A stretch of 64,000 bases of DNA, taken from Selaginella moellendorffii. Lineage: Eukaryota; Plantae; Lycopodiophyta. Of this stretch, positions 22,720-35,894 are shown piece after piece; position 1 is the stretch's first letter, and each line of letters starts with the position of its first letter. The notes beneath the pieces were generated by a model, which saw nothing but the letters and a program-made list of their open reading frames with translations, searched no databases and was not told where the DNA came from. The DNA is taken from assembly GCF_000143415.4 (NCBI RefSeq), contig NW_003314360.1:228284-292283 (forward strand), written 5' to 3'. The translations under genes were made by a program, and so were the position numbers.

Positions 22720-25700
22720 CTACTTAAGAATTTCAGCATAGACTGTATTCACAGTGTAAAAGTGTTGATCATGTGGTATAAGATTGCCTTGAAGGGGGGT
22801 TGCAAGCACTTGAACACGAAGTTGTTCAGGTGATCTACACCTTGACAGAGCAACATAAAGTTGACCATGTGTGAAAACAGGTTGGGGGAGGTAAATGCCA
22901 ACACGGTCGAAAGTTTGGCCTTGGGCTTTAGAAATAGTTAAGCAATAACCCAGACGAACTGGGAATTGTCTTCGAGACATCTTGAAAGGGATTTCAACAT
23001 CAGAAGGTGTAAGGGTAATACGTGGAATAAAAACTCGCGATCCCTTGAATTGTCCTGTGATAATTTCACAATCTAAAACGTTTTGAGATGCTTGCTTGAG
23101 AATGAGGCGTGTGCCATTGCATAAACCAATTTGTGGAGATATGTTCCTAAAAAGAATCAAAATCACATTTTGTTTTAGAATTAATTTGTGTGGTGGTAGT
23201 CCCAATGGGGTGATTGAATTTAAGAATTCAATTGGGAACTCTTCCGGTGATCTGAGTCAACTGTGTCAATGCTCAAATAAATATATGGATCACCTGGTAG
23301 TCTTTCAACAATGTCATTATTTATTCTGAATGTGTCGTCATTGAGTGGGGTGAGAATAACCTTTGATGCAGCTGTATAAGTATTTATAATATCATCGGTA
23401 TTTGGGAAAACAAAGTTTACAACAAATGTAGTGATAGATAATGCATGTGGTATTTTGATAATATCTGGTGGGAGACATGGCAACTGTAAATTACTATGCC
23501 AAGCTTGAGAAGCCATTCAGAAAAACAAAGATTACTTGAACGCATGTTTTTTGTTAATGTTAGTGTTGTAAAGAGTGACCATAGTCTATTCATTTTAACT
23601 GAGTTTGAAATAATAAAGGTTCTATGGCCATGGGGAACAACAGGAAGGGTTTGACGAAAGTCACCACTTGTAATCACTATAACGCTTCCAAATGGTTTAA
23701 AATTACATTTGAGATGTTTTAAACATTTATCAACCACAGAGAAAGCATGTGTATGAACCATACTAATTTCATCCATATGAGAACATTTGCTTGTTTAATG
23801 GTTTTTCCAACATCACTATTAATTGTTAAAGCAGAGATAGAAGTTTCATTTAAAGGAACAGGAAGTTTAAAAGTCATATGTGCTGTTTGACCATATTTTA
23901 GCAAAATGCTTGCAATCCCAGTCCATGCCATACTGATTACTTTTATTTTTTTTAATTGTAATGCTGTAATGATGGTATTAAGTAGAAAAGTTTTTCTAGT
24001 ACCACCAGGTCCATCAATAAAGAAACATTGATGTTGGTTAGTATCAATGGCATTTATAATGAGTTCAAAAATATAACGTTGTTCATAACTGAATTGATTT
24101 ATGTTTGCATTTATTTGGTCTTGTGATGGGTCAAGGATCTTTGTATTAAGCATGTGTTTGATAATAGGAGTAAGAGTTGGAGTGGTAAACCAAAATCACA
24201 ATTAGATTTATTGTGTAGTTGGAATTTTGAATTAATATCGACTAAAGCAATGTCAAAATAGTTTATGTCATTTCTAGCATAATCCTCAGACATATCAATT
24301 TTGAATTGATCCCATAATAGATTTGGATCTTTTGGTGAACAATACAAACAAATAAAAATAAATAACTGTCTTAATTGGGATGGCATTTTAAAAGTAGAAG
24401 CTTCTTGCATGTAGTGTTGCCATTCTGAATCATCTGCTAAAAGTCCCATTGCCATAGCTGCTTGTTTAAAAGAGGAGAAAGTAACACCTTCGACAGTACA
24501 TATATCCTCAAATGATATAGCACCTTTTTTATAGAGTAATATAAGCCGTAAGTGGTATAACTCACTATTAGAAGAAGATATGGAATACATTCTTGGTATG
24601 AGTTTAGTTTTTCGCTGGTGTAATTGCCATTTATGAAAGGATTTGTTATATGTGTAATGTAATGGAATTTGAGCATATGTATATTGCCTTGCATTAGTAT
24701 TTTGCATGTTTAAATTGAACCATTGTGTAAGCATTGTTCCATTTTGAGTGGCTCTTTCTAGTGCTTCTTTTTCATGACCTGGTCTGAAATAAACGTTTTG
24801 AAAATTGGGTAAATGAACTGGAAGACGTATAATAGTTAGTGATTTATCATGCATATGAAACTTAAATATACGCCACATGGCTTTAGGAGCAGAAATATAT
24901 CAAGCATTAACAAAACTTGAGATTTCGTCCCAATTTAAAGTCCCTCGTTCTTCAGATGCAGTTAAAAATTCTAATGTTGCACAGTCATAACCTTTGTATA
25001 CATATTGAAATAAATATTTAATACTTTTAATAGAAGCGCAGATCTCTACATTGATGTGTGCTTAATATTTCTTACAAAGGTATTTATTATAAGGAACAAC
25101 CCATCTGTTGTCAATAGTACAACCATTTTTTATGAAAGTGTGCCCGTTATTGGGACGGTAGTAATTAGGATAACCATCAACACAATAAATGGTTTCAACA
25201 TTAAATTCTTTTGGATAATTCTTAGAGCATTTGTTATTTTCCATGCAAGGGCTTCTAGGATTTAAATTACCACATGGACCATGTATCATATGATTTATAA
25301 TTATGTTATGCAATTCTGGTTCTAACAGTGGGTGTGGCAACTGTGCAGTGATAAATTCATCAACTGAGTCTCGATTTCTTATCTTATCTTCGCTTGATAA
25401 CATTGCTAAGAAATGACAATGAGGCAAACCTCTTTTCTGGAATTCAATAACATAAACATATGCGATGCACTTCCCAAAAATTCCTTTGATACTTATGTCA
25501 TGTAGGAATTTTTTAAGCTTTAAGTTGAAAACTCTTGAAATAAGAGCAGGTCGATCCTCAGGTGATTCATTCAGCTGTAAGTTTTGCACAATTTCAGGCC
25601 ACTTTGGGTTGCATGTAAATGTAATAAATAAGTCAGGTTTTCCAAAATGTGTGACAATAGCAATAGCATCTTGATAATGTTGTTGCATTGCTCGTGGGCT

Positions 25701-27050
25701 ACCAGGAAATGTAGAAGGCAAAATTACAATTTTTCCAGGTTCAACATTATTAGTAGCAGCTCTATTGCTAACATAGTCCATAAGACCTGTGTAGTAATCC
25801 ACTTTTAAGTGTTTTTGATGAGTGCGAAAGAAATTAAAGTTGTTAGATTCAACCTTTACATAAGCATCAACTATAAATTGTTGAGTGAGTTTCCCAGCAT
25901 GTAGCAATTGATCATAAAGGAAAGAGTTGCCAATGCTATCTCGTTGAGATAATCGATATGCATAGTACTGGAGTAGCATTATATGCGACTCATTGTAATA
26001 GATTTTTTCATGCCAACCTTTATCACCAAATGGTAAAAGTAAAGGATAAACCATAGGATCACAATTTTCATTACGAATAGAGATTTTTATTGGCTGTGAA
26101 TTATATGGATGTATGCATATTTCTCTGTCAAGAGATGGCTCACCCTCATCAATAGCGAAAACAATAGCAACATCATTAGTCTGTGGCAAATTATAACGAT
26201 GTAGATTAGTACTTTCACTTTTAACAATCATGTAAACACCACGTTTTGGGGTTCCATTGCAAATTGAGCGATGTTGTTCTTGTGATTCAAGATTATACAT
26301 CATTTGAAAAGCTTGTGCATACGGGTTTATTATTCTTAGCAAGTTATCTAATTGTAATAATAAATTAGAATCACAATTTGTGTTGAATGGGTTTTGCTTT
26401 CTAATATTTGTAGCCTCAGAAGCGTCAAGCATGTAAAGTTGTCCATATGATGGTGGCACATTAGCTGCAGGATATGCTGAAGCAATTTTGTGATAAATTT
26501 GACCATGTATTCTAAAGCAATATGGGCCTTTACCACTTAAATTATCAATATTAGCACCCATTGATGCAAAAGCCAAAGCACTGTTGAAATTTCTTATGTT
26601 AATTTTAAAATTGGGGTTTCTATTTTCATTAAAAAGCATACGCAATATAGTAGGTAAAGATGAAAGCTGGGGAAGGGAAACCTTTCCATTCTGGCAGCAC
26701 ATTAATCTTGACTCATTTTCAAAATGTAATGCACCACAAAAGACACATACGGATGATATATTTCCAATATTAAACAGTTGTATTGTATGGTCATTATAAT
26801 TCTTTTGATGTGCTAATTTATAGATAGTATAACTGTGATGATTACATGTATTTGTATTAGTTTCATTAGCATTTTCAAGGTTTATATTTGTATGACCTTC
26901 ATCAGCATATGCTATGTTTGTATTAGCATTGTCAAGATTTGAAGTAATTTTTGCATTAGCATGTTCAAGGTCTAGATTAGTTTCTTCATTACTATATGCA
27001 AGGTTGTTGTGAATATGATTATATGTGCTAGTGTCAATAGTTGGAGGCAA
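22720..27050 (-). pseudogene. Helitron Rep/PIF1-helicase, frameshifted
   Basis: Rep motifs PDLFITFTCNPKW and VIEFQKRGLPHCH; helicase motifs GPGGTRKT (Walker A mutated), DEISM, GDFRQTLPV, QFPVRLGYCLTISKAQGQT and GQLYVALSR, spread over six ORFs. Confidence 0.95.
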
Positions 27051-27692
27051 ATGGTGACGTATGCCTCTTAATACTTCACAAAGCGAGGCATATTTGCTAG
27101 GGATGATAAATGAGATGAAATAACCTATCTAGTGTCAAAGCACTTATCTTAAAATTTTCAGAGATTCTAAGTAAAAGCCAGAACTTGCCTTCTTCTTACA
27201 CTGGAAAAAAAATTAAAAAAAATTAAAAACGAAGACTATACAATGAGAGCACAATCTATACACACCTTAATCTGTAAACAAAAGAGACTAATCTAGCAAC
27301 CAATAAAACCTAGACACAGGACTGGCACACCTTTTCCAGGGTGTGGTGAGCAACTGTGAGAGGTGGGTGGGGTTTGCAAGTTAGAGAACTCACCTTGGGC
27401 TTGTTCTCTCTCGCAAAAGGACAGCGACTGCAAACTCTCTGATGGTTCTGGCTGTGAAGGCTGGCTCTGGCTTCAGCTCTGCCACTGGATAGCATCCACA
27501 AACCCAAATGAAGACATTTCAAAATTTCACAGCACACAAAAATCCAGATTGTTGGGGTTGGGGGCCAAATTAGCGGCTGCCGGGCTGACTGTGAACACAG
27601 ACCTTTGCAGGAAGAAGCACAATTGCTGCGATTGCCACTGATCCGGCAAGCAAGCGTTAGCTCAATTGCGGCAGGGCATCCAGGGCGAGCTA

Positions 27693-28520
27693 AGAAGAAC
27701 GGGCACGGGGGCAGGACACCACTGGCACACGTGTTGCTGTGCCTTCTTCTCCCGCCCCACGCGGCTTGGCCGCCTCCCATTGGCCGGGAGCAAACATCAG
27801 CAAGTCTGTGAACAGCATCAGGTTATTCCGAGAGCCACCACCCGACGCCGCTGCCTTTTTCGCCACGTCCCTGAATTCCCTCGCTCTCGCCTTTCGAGCT
27901 TTGTCGCTAAAGATCCTCACAATGGCCTCAGCAATCTCCTCCCGCTTCACAAACGCGTCGCAGCTCCTCCCGTCCGAAACTTCCACCCCGATGCGGCACC
28001 TCTCCGCCATGATCTTGCGGTTGAGCCCCTGCTCGTATATCCGAGGCCAGCAGATGATCGGCACGCCGCTGGAGACGCTCTCCAGGACCGAGTTCCATCC
28101 GCAGTGGCTCACGAATCCAGCCACTGCCCTGTGCGCCAGAACTTCTCTCTGCGGCGCCCATGAAACCACCAGGCCTCGTCCCTTGGTCCGCTCGACGAAG
28201 TTCTTGTAGAAGTCACTGTTCTTCACCAGGACTGTCGTGTCGCCCTCGTCCACGAACTGGGGCGGCCTGACTGTGAGCAAGAACGGCACCTTGCTCGCCT
28301 CCAAACCGAGCGCGAGCTCCTCGAATTCCTCCTGCGAAAGCTTCGCTATGCTGCCGAATGCAACATAGAGGACTGAGTCTGGCTCCTGCGTGTCGAGCCA
28401 GTCGAGGCATTCAGAAGAACGGGCACGGGGGCAGGACACCACTGGCACACGTGTCGCTGTGCCTTCTTCTCCCGCCCCACGTGGCTTGGCCGCCTCCCAT
28501 TGGCCAGGAGCAAACATCAG
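27693..28520. repeat. 108-bp direct repeats (27693-27800 and 28413-28520) flanking the UGT fragment
   Basis: AGAAGAACGGGCAC...CAAACATCAG occurs twice with 3 mismatches, 720 bp apart. Confidence 0.95.
27801..28412 (-). pseudogene. Captured C-terminal half of a family-1 UDP-glycosyltransferase
   Basis: CLDWLDTQEPDSVLYVAFGS and the PSPG box WAPQREVLAHRAVAGFVSHCGWNSVLESVSSGVPIICWPRIYEQ; GC-rich against the AT-rich RepHel. Confidence 0.93.
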
Positions 28521-28874
28521 AAAAATTTCTCGCGCAACCATGGCTACCGACCCTGGCCCGGGCCTGGGATCCAACGGCCGGCGAGCCTCCCCACTATCGC
28601 TTTATATGTATAGATTAAGGATGCTAGCCAGCTTCTTAGAAGGATGCCTGAAATGATTCCAGCATAATGCCAGCCCATGATTTCGTTGATGTAGTTATGT
28701 TCCTTGATGTACTCTCGATACCGTACTATTACAAGCAGCTTATAGAATTTGTTGGCGTGGATGAAAATTTCCACAAAAGTATGGTGATCCTACAGCAATT
28801 TCAACTGGAAGATGTACAAATAAAATAAAATTTCTTTGCTACTTGTGCTCTTTGAGTTTACACCGAAAACACCA

Positions 28875-29559
28875 ATGGCCCTTGCAGGATTTGTGTACTG
28901 CTTAACTTGCTTGATCGTCTTATTGTCGTCTCCGGGTGTTGCTATTGATCCGTTTGAGACGGTGATCCCCGACTGGGTGGATTCGTTTCATTTCCCGCGA
29001 CCTTCACTTAGGGTAGCTTACGGATCGCAGAACGTGACCATAGAAAGGGAGTTTTTGCCGGCTGAAGTTCTTCTGCAGCCCAAGGTGAGCATCACGAATG
29101 CTGGAAATAGAGACCTTTTTACACTTGTAATGGTGGATCCTGATCCTCCCGGTCCACAAATTCCCATTTTGAGGAACATTCTACACTGGATTGTAGTTAA
29201 TATCCCGGCTCAATCTACCAGTAAGCTCTTATTTCCAAAAGAAATCAGGACCGCTTGAGTACATTTATAATGAATTTGCAGATGTATCAGAGCAAGGAGA
29301 TCATCTTGCCCCTTATTTATCTCCTACACCAGTCCAGGGAGTCCACTGTTATTATTTTCTTCTCTTCAGACAGGTGAGAAAGACTTTGAGCAGTCCTCGG
29401 ATGACTTGAACATTGTGATTGCAGAAGAAACAAATTCATGCTGGAAGTCTGTCTGGAAGTCTTAGCAGGACTCTCTTCAGTGTCCGTGTGTTCACAGAGA
29501 AATATGATTTAGGTTATCCTGTAGATGGAGTCTTCTTCACCTCCAGAGTGATTATATAA
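28875..29559 (+). CDS. PEBP (FT/TFL1/MFT-family) protein with N-terminal signal peptide; exons 28875-29220, 29282-29373, 29425-29559
   Basis: FTLVMVDPDPPGP..LHWIVVNIP, YLSPTPVQGVHCYYFLLFRQ and RTLFSVRVFTEKYDLGYPVDGVFF; the frame is kept across GT-AG introns (191 aa). Confidence 0.88.
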
Positions 29560-30499
29560 CTGATGAACTCGTATGAATAAATTGAGTAGACATGATCCCA
29601 ATATCCTCTCCTCCATTGCAAGCATATATGACTTTCCATCCTCCACCTACCTTGAGTCGTAAGATCGTCACTTAAACTTAACTATTTCAAGAATGTGGGT
29701 GCACGCTCGCTTCACCATAGCACCCAGTAGATTGAAATTTTTTCTTTCTTTTATTTATTGTGTTTCAGAATATTCCCAGAATATTATTAATGTATGGCTA
29801 CAAGGGGAAAAATTTAATAATTTCTTCTTCCTATGGATCCCCGTGAATGATCTCCTTGTCGTGAGTGTAATGTAGAGCTGAATCTGGCCGTCTGGGAGGA
29901 TCCAAGTTGTACATGCATACTCCACGTTCATGAGTGAGCCTGGCAATTGCTGAAGAAGGGCGTGTTGTTACGAGTTCAGCTGCGGCTGTCGACCTTGTTG
30001 AGTCGGAGAGGGCCAGTCTTGGGATTAGCAAGGATGAACTGGTTTGGTTCCTTAAAGTCTTTCCACTTAGGTCTCTCCTTGAGCAGCTTACCACACTGAT
30101 AGCGAGGTGTATACTGTAGTCTAAGCATTCTCACACAGGAATGCCTAGAAACTCTTAGCTTGCTTACACCGCAAGCCGCTAGCATTTTATGAGAAAGTTG
30201 GTATAAGATTGTTTCGGGTGCTAGTGTTCTTGCATAAGTCGCTGGAATTAAGCTTTGCTTCCATCACCAAATACAAGAGACACTGGCCGATTTCTTGTGG
30301 CTCAGGTGCTACCCAATGTCACTAATGTAGAGATCCCAAAGCATACTATGATGAGACCACTTAATCCATCAAGATTCATGCTCCTTATATCAACTAGTTT
30401 GATATGGACTAAAATATGGATGCAATGCCTCAAAGTAGCAGTGACTTTTTTAAATAAGAAACAATATCAACAGAATACAAATGAGGAAAAAAACTGAAT

Positions 30500-33400
30500 A
30501 CAAAGAAACCTTCCAATTCAAAACATGAATGAGTTTTTTTGATGAAAGAAATGAACATAAATATAATAGAATTGTAAACTTCAATGCAAATTATCTGCAC
30601 ATTAATATTAAACCAAATACTAATGATAATTAAAGCTGATTAATATAGATTAACTATGGTAACAAATATGTGATAGCACATGGGTGTATTCTATATTTAC
30701 ATATGTGCAAATATATTTTCTTACTAGTTCTATTGAAAAATATTATACATTATGATTGTTATAAAAGTAAATGAGTGTGTATAGGATTTTTGTCATAGGA
30801 TATATTATATATGATGACACTTCAGACTACCACACAAGACTGATACTATATTACATCATCACTGTAAATCTAACAAGAATTTCTTTTTATTTTATTCTTG
30901 TATCATTGAGTGCAGATTTCTAAGTTTTTAATTGTTTTCTCCTTTGTGTAAAACACAAATCCTGAAGTCCCAAAGTTAACCCAAAGATATGCTATGTGGC
31001 AATGGCCAAGGCAAAAGTCTTACAAGTATAATATATTTTGACCAAAACTGCCAACTTGAAAAGTCAAAAGCAAGTCAAAACTCCTAAAAAAGCGCTCAAA
31101 GAAACAAGTATTAAACAATTGATAAACAAATATTTAGCAAGGGATAAAAAAATGATTGATGAATAACAAATGTCATAATATATGGAAATTTAAGTGTTGA
31201 AACTAAAGTCCTTAAACCCAAAGACTTGAAATTGAATGATATCAAAACCATCACTTCTTCAAATTTTTGAAGTGTTAAACATATCTAAGGTTTAATATAT
31301 TTTGAGCTAGATATATTCAAGGGTGGGGTGAAAACCCAAGTAATCATTTGCCAAACCTTGGGGGCTTTGGTAAGTCTTATGGGTTAATAAAGGGAGGACT
31401 TTAGAGGAACTAATATGATCAAGGAATGTTTTATGTGGTGGGTGATAATATGAATATTGAGGAGTCCAAATCTAAAGTGAACATAGATAGATATATGGGA
31501 TGACTTCATAAAATGTTTGATATCCAAATAAGTAGTACCACCTATGGTTAGATTAGTAGTATCATTTATTCAATCTCTCAAAAGAGCTCAAGTCAATTAT
31601 CTTATATGCCTCATCAAAACTTTGTTCTAGCCATGTGGCTAGGGCACTTGGTGGTGAAGGTAGTGGGAGTACTTATAAGGTTTGCATTTGTTTATTGTGT
31701 TTCTTACTAAGTATAATAATTTTTTCTCTATCTTGTATTGGCTTAGCAAAAACCTTTGCATGTTGAGTTTAGTCCCTCAATATTACTATATGATAACTAA
31801 CCACAAAACACCTTTGTTATTATGCCCTTGGTCATGTTTTGATTTTATATGTTATTTATGGTAAATATCTAAATCTACTCAAAAGACATTTAGAAAGTGT
31901 AGAGAGTGTTTTGAACCCCATGGTATTTTTTCTATGTCCAATTTATAATCTATTGTTACTTCATATTTAGTAAGTTTTCAAATTTGTCCCAGAGGCTAAC
32001 TCTTGGGATTGGGATGAAAGCCCAAGTGTTTGGTGAGCCTATAGAGGGTTCTAAATGTATAGTAGAGATCCAACTATCTAAGACACTAATTTGGCATTCA
32101 CTAGGTTGTGTCACTCTTTATTCTACATTTGACTTGGGTCTAATGGGGTACTTATTTGCTCGCGTTACAATATGCCAAAATTGTGTTAGACTATAATACA
32201 CTTTATTTCTTTCCCTTTTCTCATCAAGCAATAACCCCTTTTTTAATTGGTTTAGCTTTTAATGGCTATTTTAATCCCATATATCCCCTAAGGTTCCAAA
32301 GATCTACAGTGATAATATATCTAAATTTTATCCCATAATCATATCAACTATATAGACACCATCTAGCACTATTTTAGCTAAATACAAGAAGCTAGTGTTT
32401 GTAAGGGATGTTGAATGCATACTAAACTCTTATTTTGTAATACAATGGGTTTAGAGTTTAACTTTAAATTCAAGTGTGTTACATCATTCATCTCCTTTTC
32501 CATAGTTAAGGACTTTAAGATGATATTTCAAAATACTTACAAGTTCTTACTTTATGTTTATCTAGCTAAACATAGATAGAGTTTACTAACACTTGGATAA
32601 GAAGGGTTAACAAAAGGAATTAGTAGTTTTGATTTTTTTCCATCATGACAGTAAAGAAAGAGTGTTTGTAAGGATAGGTTAACAAATATGTTTTGATACA
32701 CAAAGTCAAATTTGTGACAAATGGTCTTATTACTTAGTAACCAAGGATTTGGTTATATGGTAGAGAAGTACCTTTAGTGGATTGCCCTTTAGGCCATGAT
32801 GCAATGATGGTGTTGGCAAATATTGATATGTTGGTGGGGATTAAAAAAAGAATATTAGAGAATAGTGTTCCCTCATAATTTAGGGCATCTTAAAGATCCT
32901 AAGAAATGGTTATAGAGAGACTATTTATAGAAATAGATATTCTTGTCTTAGATTTATGGTATAAATGTCTTTAAACCAAATAAGACAAGTGAGAATAGAT
33001 ATAGTTTATCAAAAGTACCTTTGGATGTTTGACATGGAATTTGTAGCACTTGGAAATGTGAGGTTAAAGTAACTTGAGGCCACCTTTGGGGACTTAACAA
33101 GTATCCTAAGTCAAGATGAGGATGCATAGAGTGAGACTCTTTTAGATGGTCAATGGTGCAGTTAGGTGACTAAAGTAGAATGAAAAATTTAATCACTTAC
33201 ACTTTGCTAATGCTGTATTCATCTTTCATTTGTGCCTCATTTTCCATGGCTTAGATGTGTATTTCAATCATAATATACTTGTGTAAGCACAATGCTTTAA
33301 TAACTCTTGCAATTTCTTCTCATTTCTTGCCACTTTTTTTATAGTATGGCACTTTAATTTAAGTAGTGATAGATTAGGATGGAGGCAAGTGCAATTAATT

Positions 33401-34694
33401 GAAGCATGAGGGCAAGTTTAAACCTTTTTTTTGGGTGTTTGAGGTGTTGATTGCAATGGTTTTTATGTGAGCACTTAGATTATATAATAGCCATGATAAA
33501 ACTTTAGCTCCATAAACTTTTTGGTTCTTGGCTTAAGCTTCATAGTTGCTACATGAGTGTATTATGGATAATGAGGAGCATTCCAACACAATGATTGCAT
33601 GTATGTAAGAAATTGATTTATACCTATTCCTCTCTGATGCACACACTAATATGTGAGTTTTTCTATTCTGGATTCTTTTCATGGCTGAGGAGTTGAGATT
33701 TTTACATCAATATGAACAACATACACTTGGGAACATAGCTATAATGTGGCAATTTATTAACTTGCTGAGCTTAGAATCTTGTATCATCTCATTGACAGAG
33801 ATACATTTTTAAGCAAGCTCTTCTTGATATGCTTTGAATTTTGAAATGCACGAAAGGTTATTTATCTCATTTATTTAGTATAGCATCAAGAATTGGGGTA
33901 TTCCTATAGGTGAGGATAGTATAATGGTAAAGTTTGCATATAGAGATATCAGTATATCTACATCATTGTTTATAAATTTCTACATATTTACACTTTTGTG
34001 GTTTTTTTTTTCTTCCCATAAGAAAGATTCATGCTCCATTGGACTAGGTGTTGGGAATTCTTAGGCATAACTTGCCATTAGTACTTGCTTGTATGTAGGA
34101 TTAAGAATGAAGACCATGTTATCCTCTTTTCTTTTGACTTAGCAAGTGTACGTATGTGGGGGTTTCTATATAACCCTCCTCTATTGTAAGTTGTAGCATA
34201 AATAGAAGATGACATTGTTAAGGGGAGTGGTAGAAGAGGATTCTACTACTATATTAATTGCAAAGGAAGTAGTGTTAGATCTTGAGAATGCATAGGAAGA
34301 AGATTTGCCAATACAAGATAATGCACTATTTTAATTTTATATCACTATAGTGGTGCTATGACATGTAGTTTATAATCAATACTAGTGGATATCCTTTGCT
34401 ATTTTATTTTATTTTTAATTGTTTGTAGGGTTATTATATATATATATTACCACGGACTCTAGGAGTGCAATTTTATATGGCATAGCATGAGGTGGTGGAC
34501 AAATGTGAGATGGTGATTGAATGTAAGGTCATTAAAGAATGTGAGGTTATAAAGGAGGACCATCATGATGATCTTATAAAAGAGGACCCTTCACACAAAT
34601 GCGAGGTGATGGTGGAGGAGGCTCAACATGGCATGATAATGAAGCCTCCTTATGACATGGATGCCCCAAACTTATAGAGAGATGCTTTATGTGA
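30500..34694. mobile_element. AT-rich, highly decayed repeat/TE relic
   Basis: No long ORFs and strongly CG-depleted; faint integrase-like GLP..GHDAMMV near 32780; 32263-32352 matches the filler at 14272-14361. Confidence 0.4.
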
Positions 34695-34794
34695 NNNNNN
34701 NNNNNNNNNNNNNNNNNNNNNNNNNNNNNNNNNNNNNNNNNNNNNNNNNNNNNNNNNNNNNNNNNNNNNNNNNNNNNNNNNNNNNNNNNNNNNN
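34695..34794. other. Assembly gap (100 N)
   Basis: Run of N. Confidence 1.
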
Positions 34795-35049
34795 TGCATG
34801 GACTCGTGATGTGGATTGGATTGCAGCTAATGAGGTGAAAGCTCTTTGTTGCATAGTGGTTCTAAATGAGGAAGTGGAGGTGCCATGTGATAGTCTCTAT
34901 CAAAAAAACATTCCAGGTAGTGAAGTGGAGACTCTTCATATATATATATATATAGATAGATAGATAGGAGAGCACAAACTTGCATAGCCATTGTCAACTT
35001 TTTCTATAAGAGTAGGCAAGTGATGTTGTATCTAAGGTACTTGTAGTTT

Positions 35050-35800
35050 TTAGTATGGTCTAGCAGGGGGTTTTCTCCTTGTTAATTGTGAGTCCTGTGT
35101 CATTGTAAAACACTACCAATATATCCAACTCACATTGGAGTTTCTCTTGAGAAGTTGTGAGGAGGATGTCATCTGTATAGAGGAGATTTGAAGATGTAGT
35201 ACATCTAAGATCACCATATAATTGAGACACATGGTGAGACATGATAGATCTGGGAGTCATGACTCTCACATGTGTATGTATAGCAATTAGGATATTTGAG
35301 TGAGAGTTTTTTCCTTTTCTTCCTCATTACAATAGGAGAAGTTGAAGGACCATACCAGTGAGGACAATTGAAAATTGAGAGCAGCTTACCATTAGAGTCT
35401 CAATGCTGTCTATGAACAGTCTAAAGAGAGTCGGTGAGAGGGGGTACCCTTGGCATACCCTTATGTCACAGGTCATGTTTGGTCTAAGATGTCTTTAGTG
35501 ACATTCTTATAGAGGCATTGTGATAAGTTCAAATGGGATGTTGAGTTTGTGGAGGTGTTGGAACAATTTGCTTCCAGAAACTTGATTGAAAGCTTTGGCT
35601 ATGTTAATGAAAGCATATATACACTAATTTGATGGACTCATTTCACAATTTGTCTAATGTGATCCACAAAGTGACCAGGTGGTCAATGCAAGAGCGATAA
35701 GGGCAGAACCCAGCATGTCCCGTCAACCTGCAGCCTTGCCACTTTGTCTATGATATAAGTCTTTTCTCTATGAGACATAATGAAAAGATTTGCATAGCAT
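35050..35800 (-). mobile_element. Non-LTR (LINE) reverse transcriptase remnant
   Basis: QGYPLSPTLFRLFID (~35410-35455) and LLYTDDILL..GLTINKEKT (35060-35190). Confidence 0.75.
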
Positions 35801-35894
35801 TCTCCTCAAATAGGATGGCTTGTAACTTTGTAATATATGGTCTAATAAAAAAATTACAACAAAATACCGACTTAGTTTGATTTTTATTTGCAAG

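Larger units (their letters stand above)
22233..28614 (-). mobile_element. Helitron with both termini, degraded RepHel and a captured UGT fragment
   Basis: On the minus strand it starts TC (28614), ends CTAG (22233) and sits between A and T. Subterminal palindrome CCCAGCA-AA-TGCTGGG at 22243-22258. The flanks join as GAGGAGA|TTAAGG at 1739/1740. Confidence 0.97.

Noticed and set aside
29831-30100. Possible protein kinase remnant (MPGSL; ALHYTHDKEIIHGD) on the minus strand
   Set aside because: The motifs are short and in different frames, which is too weak to call without a search.
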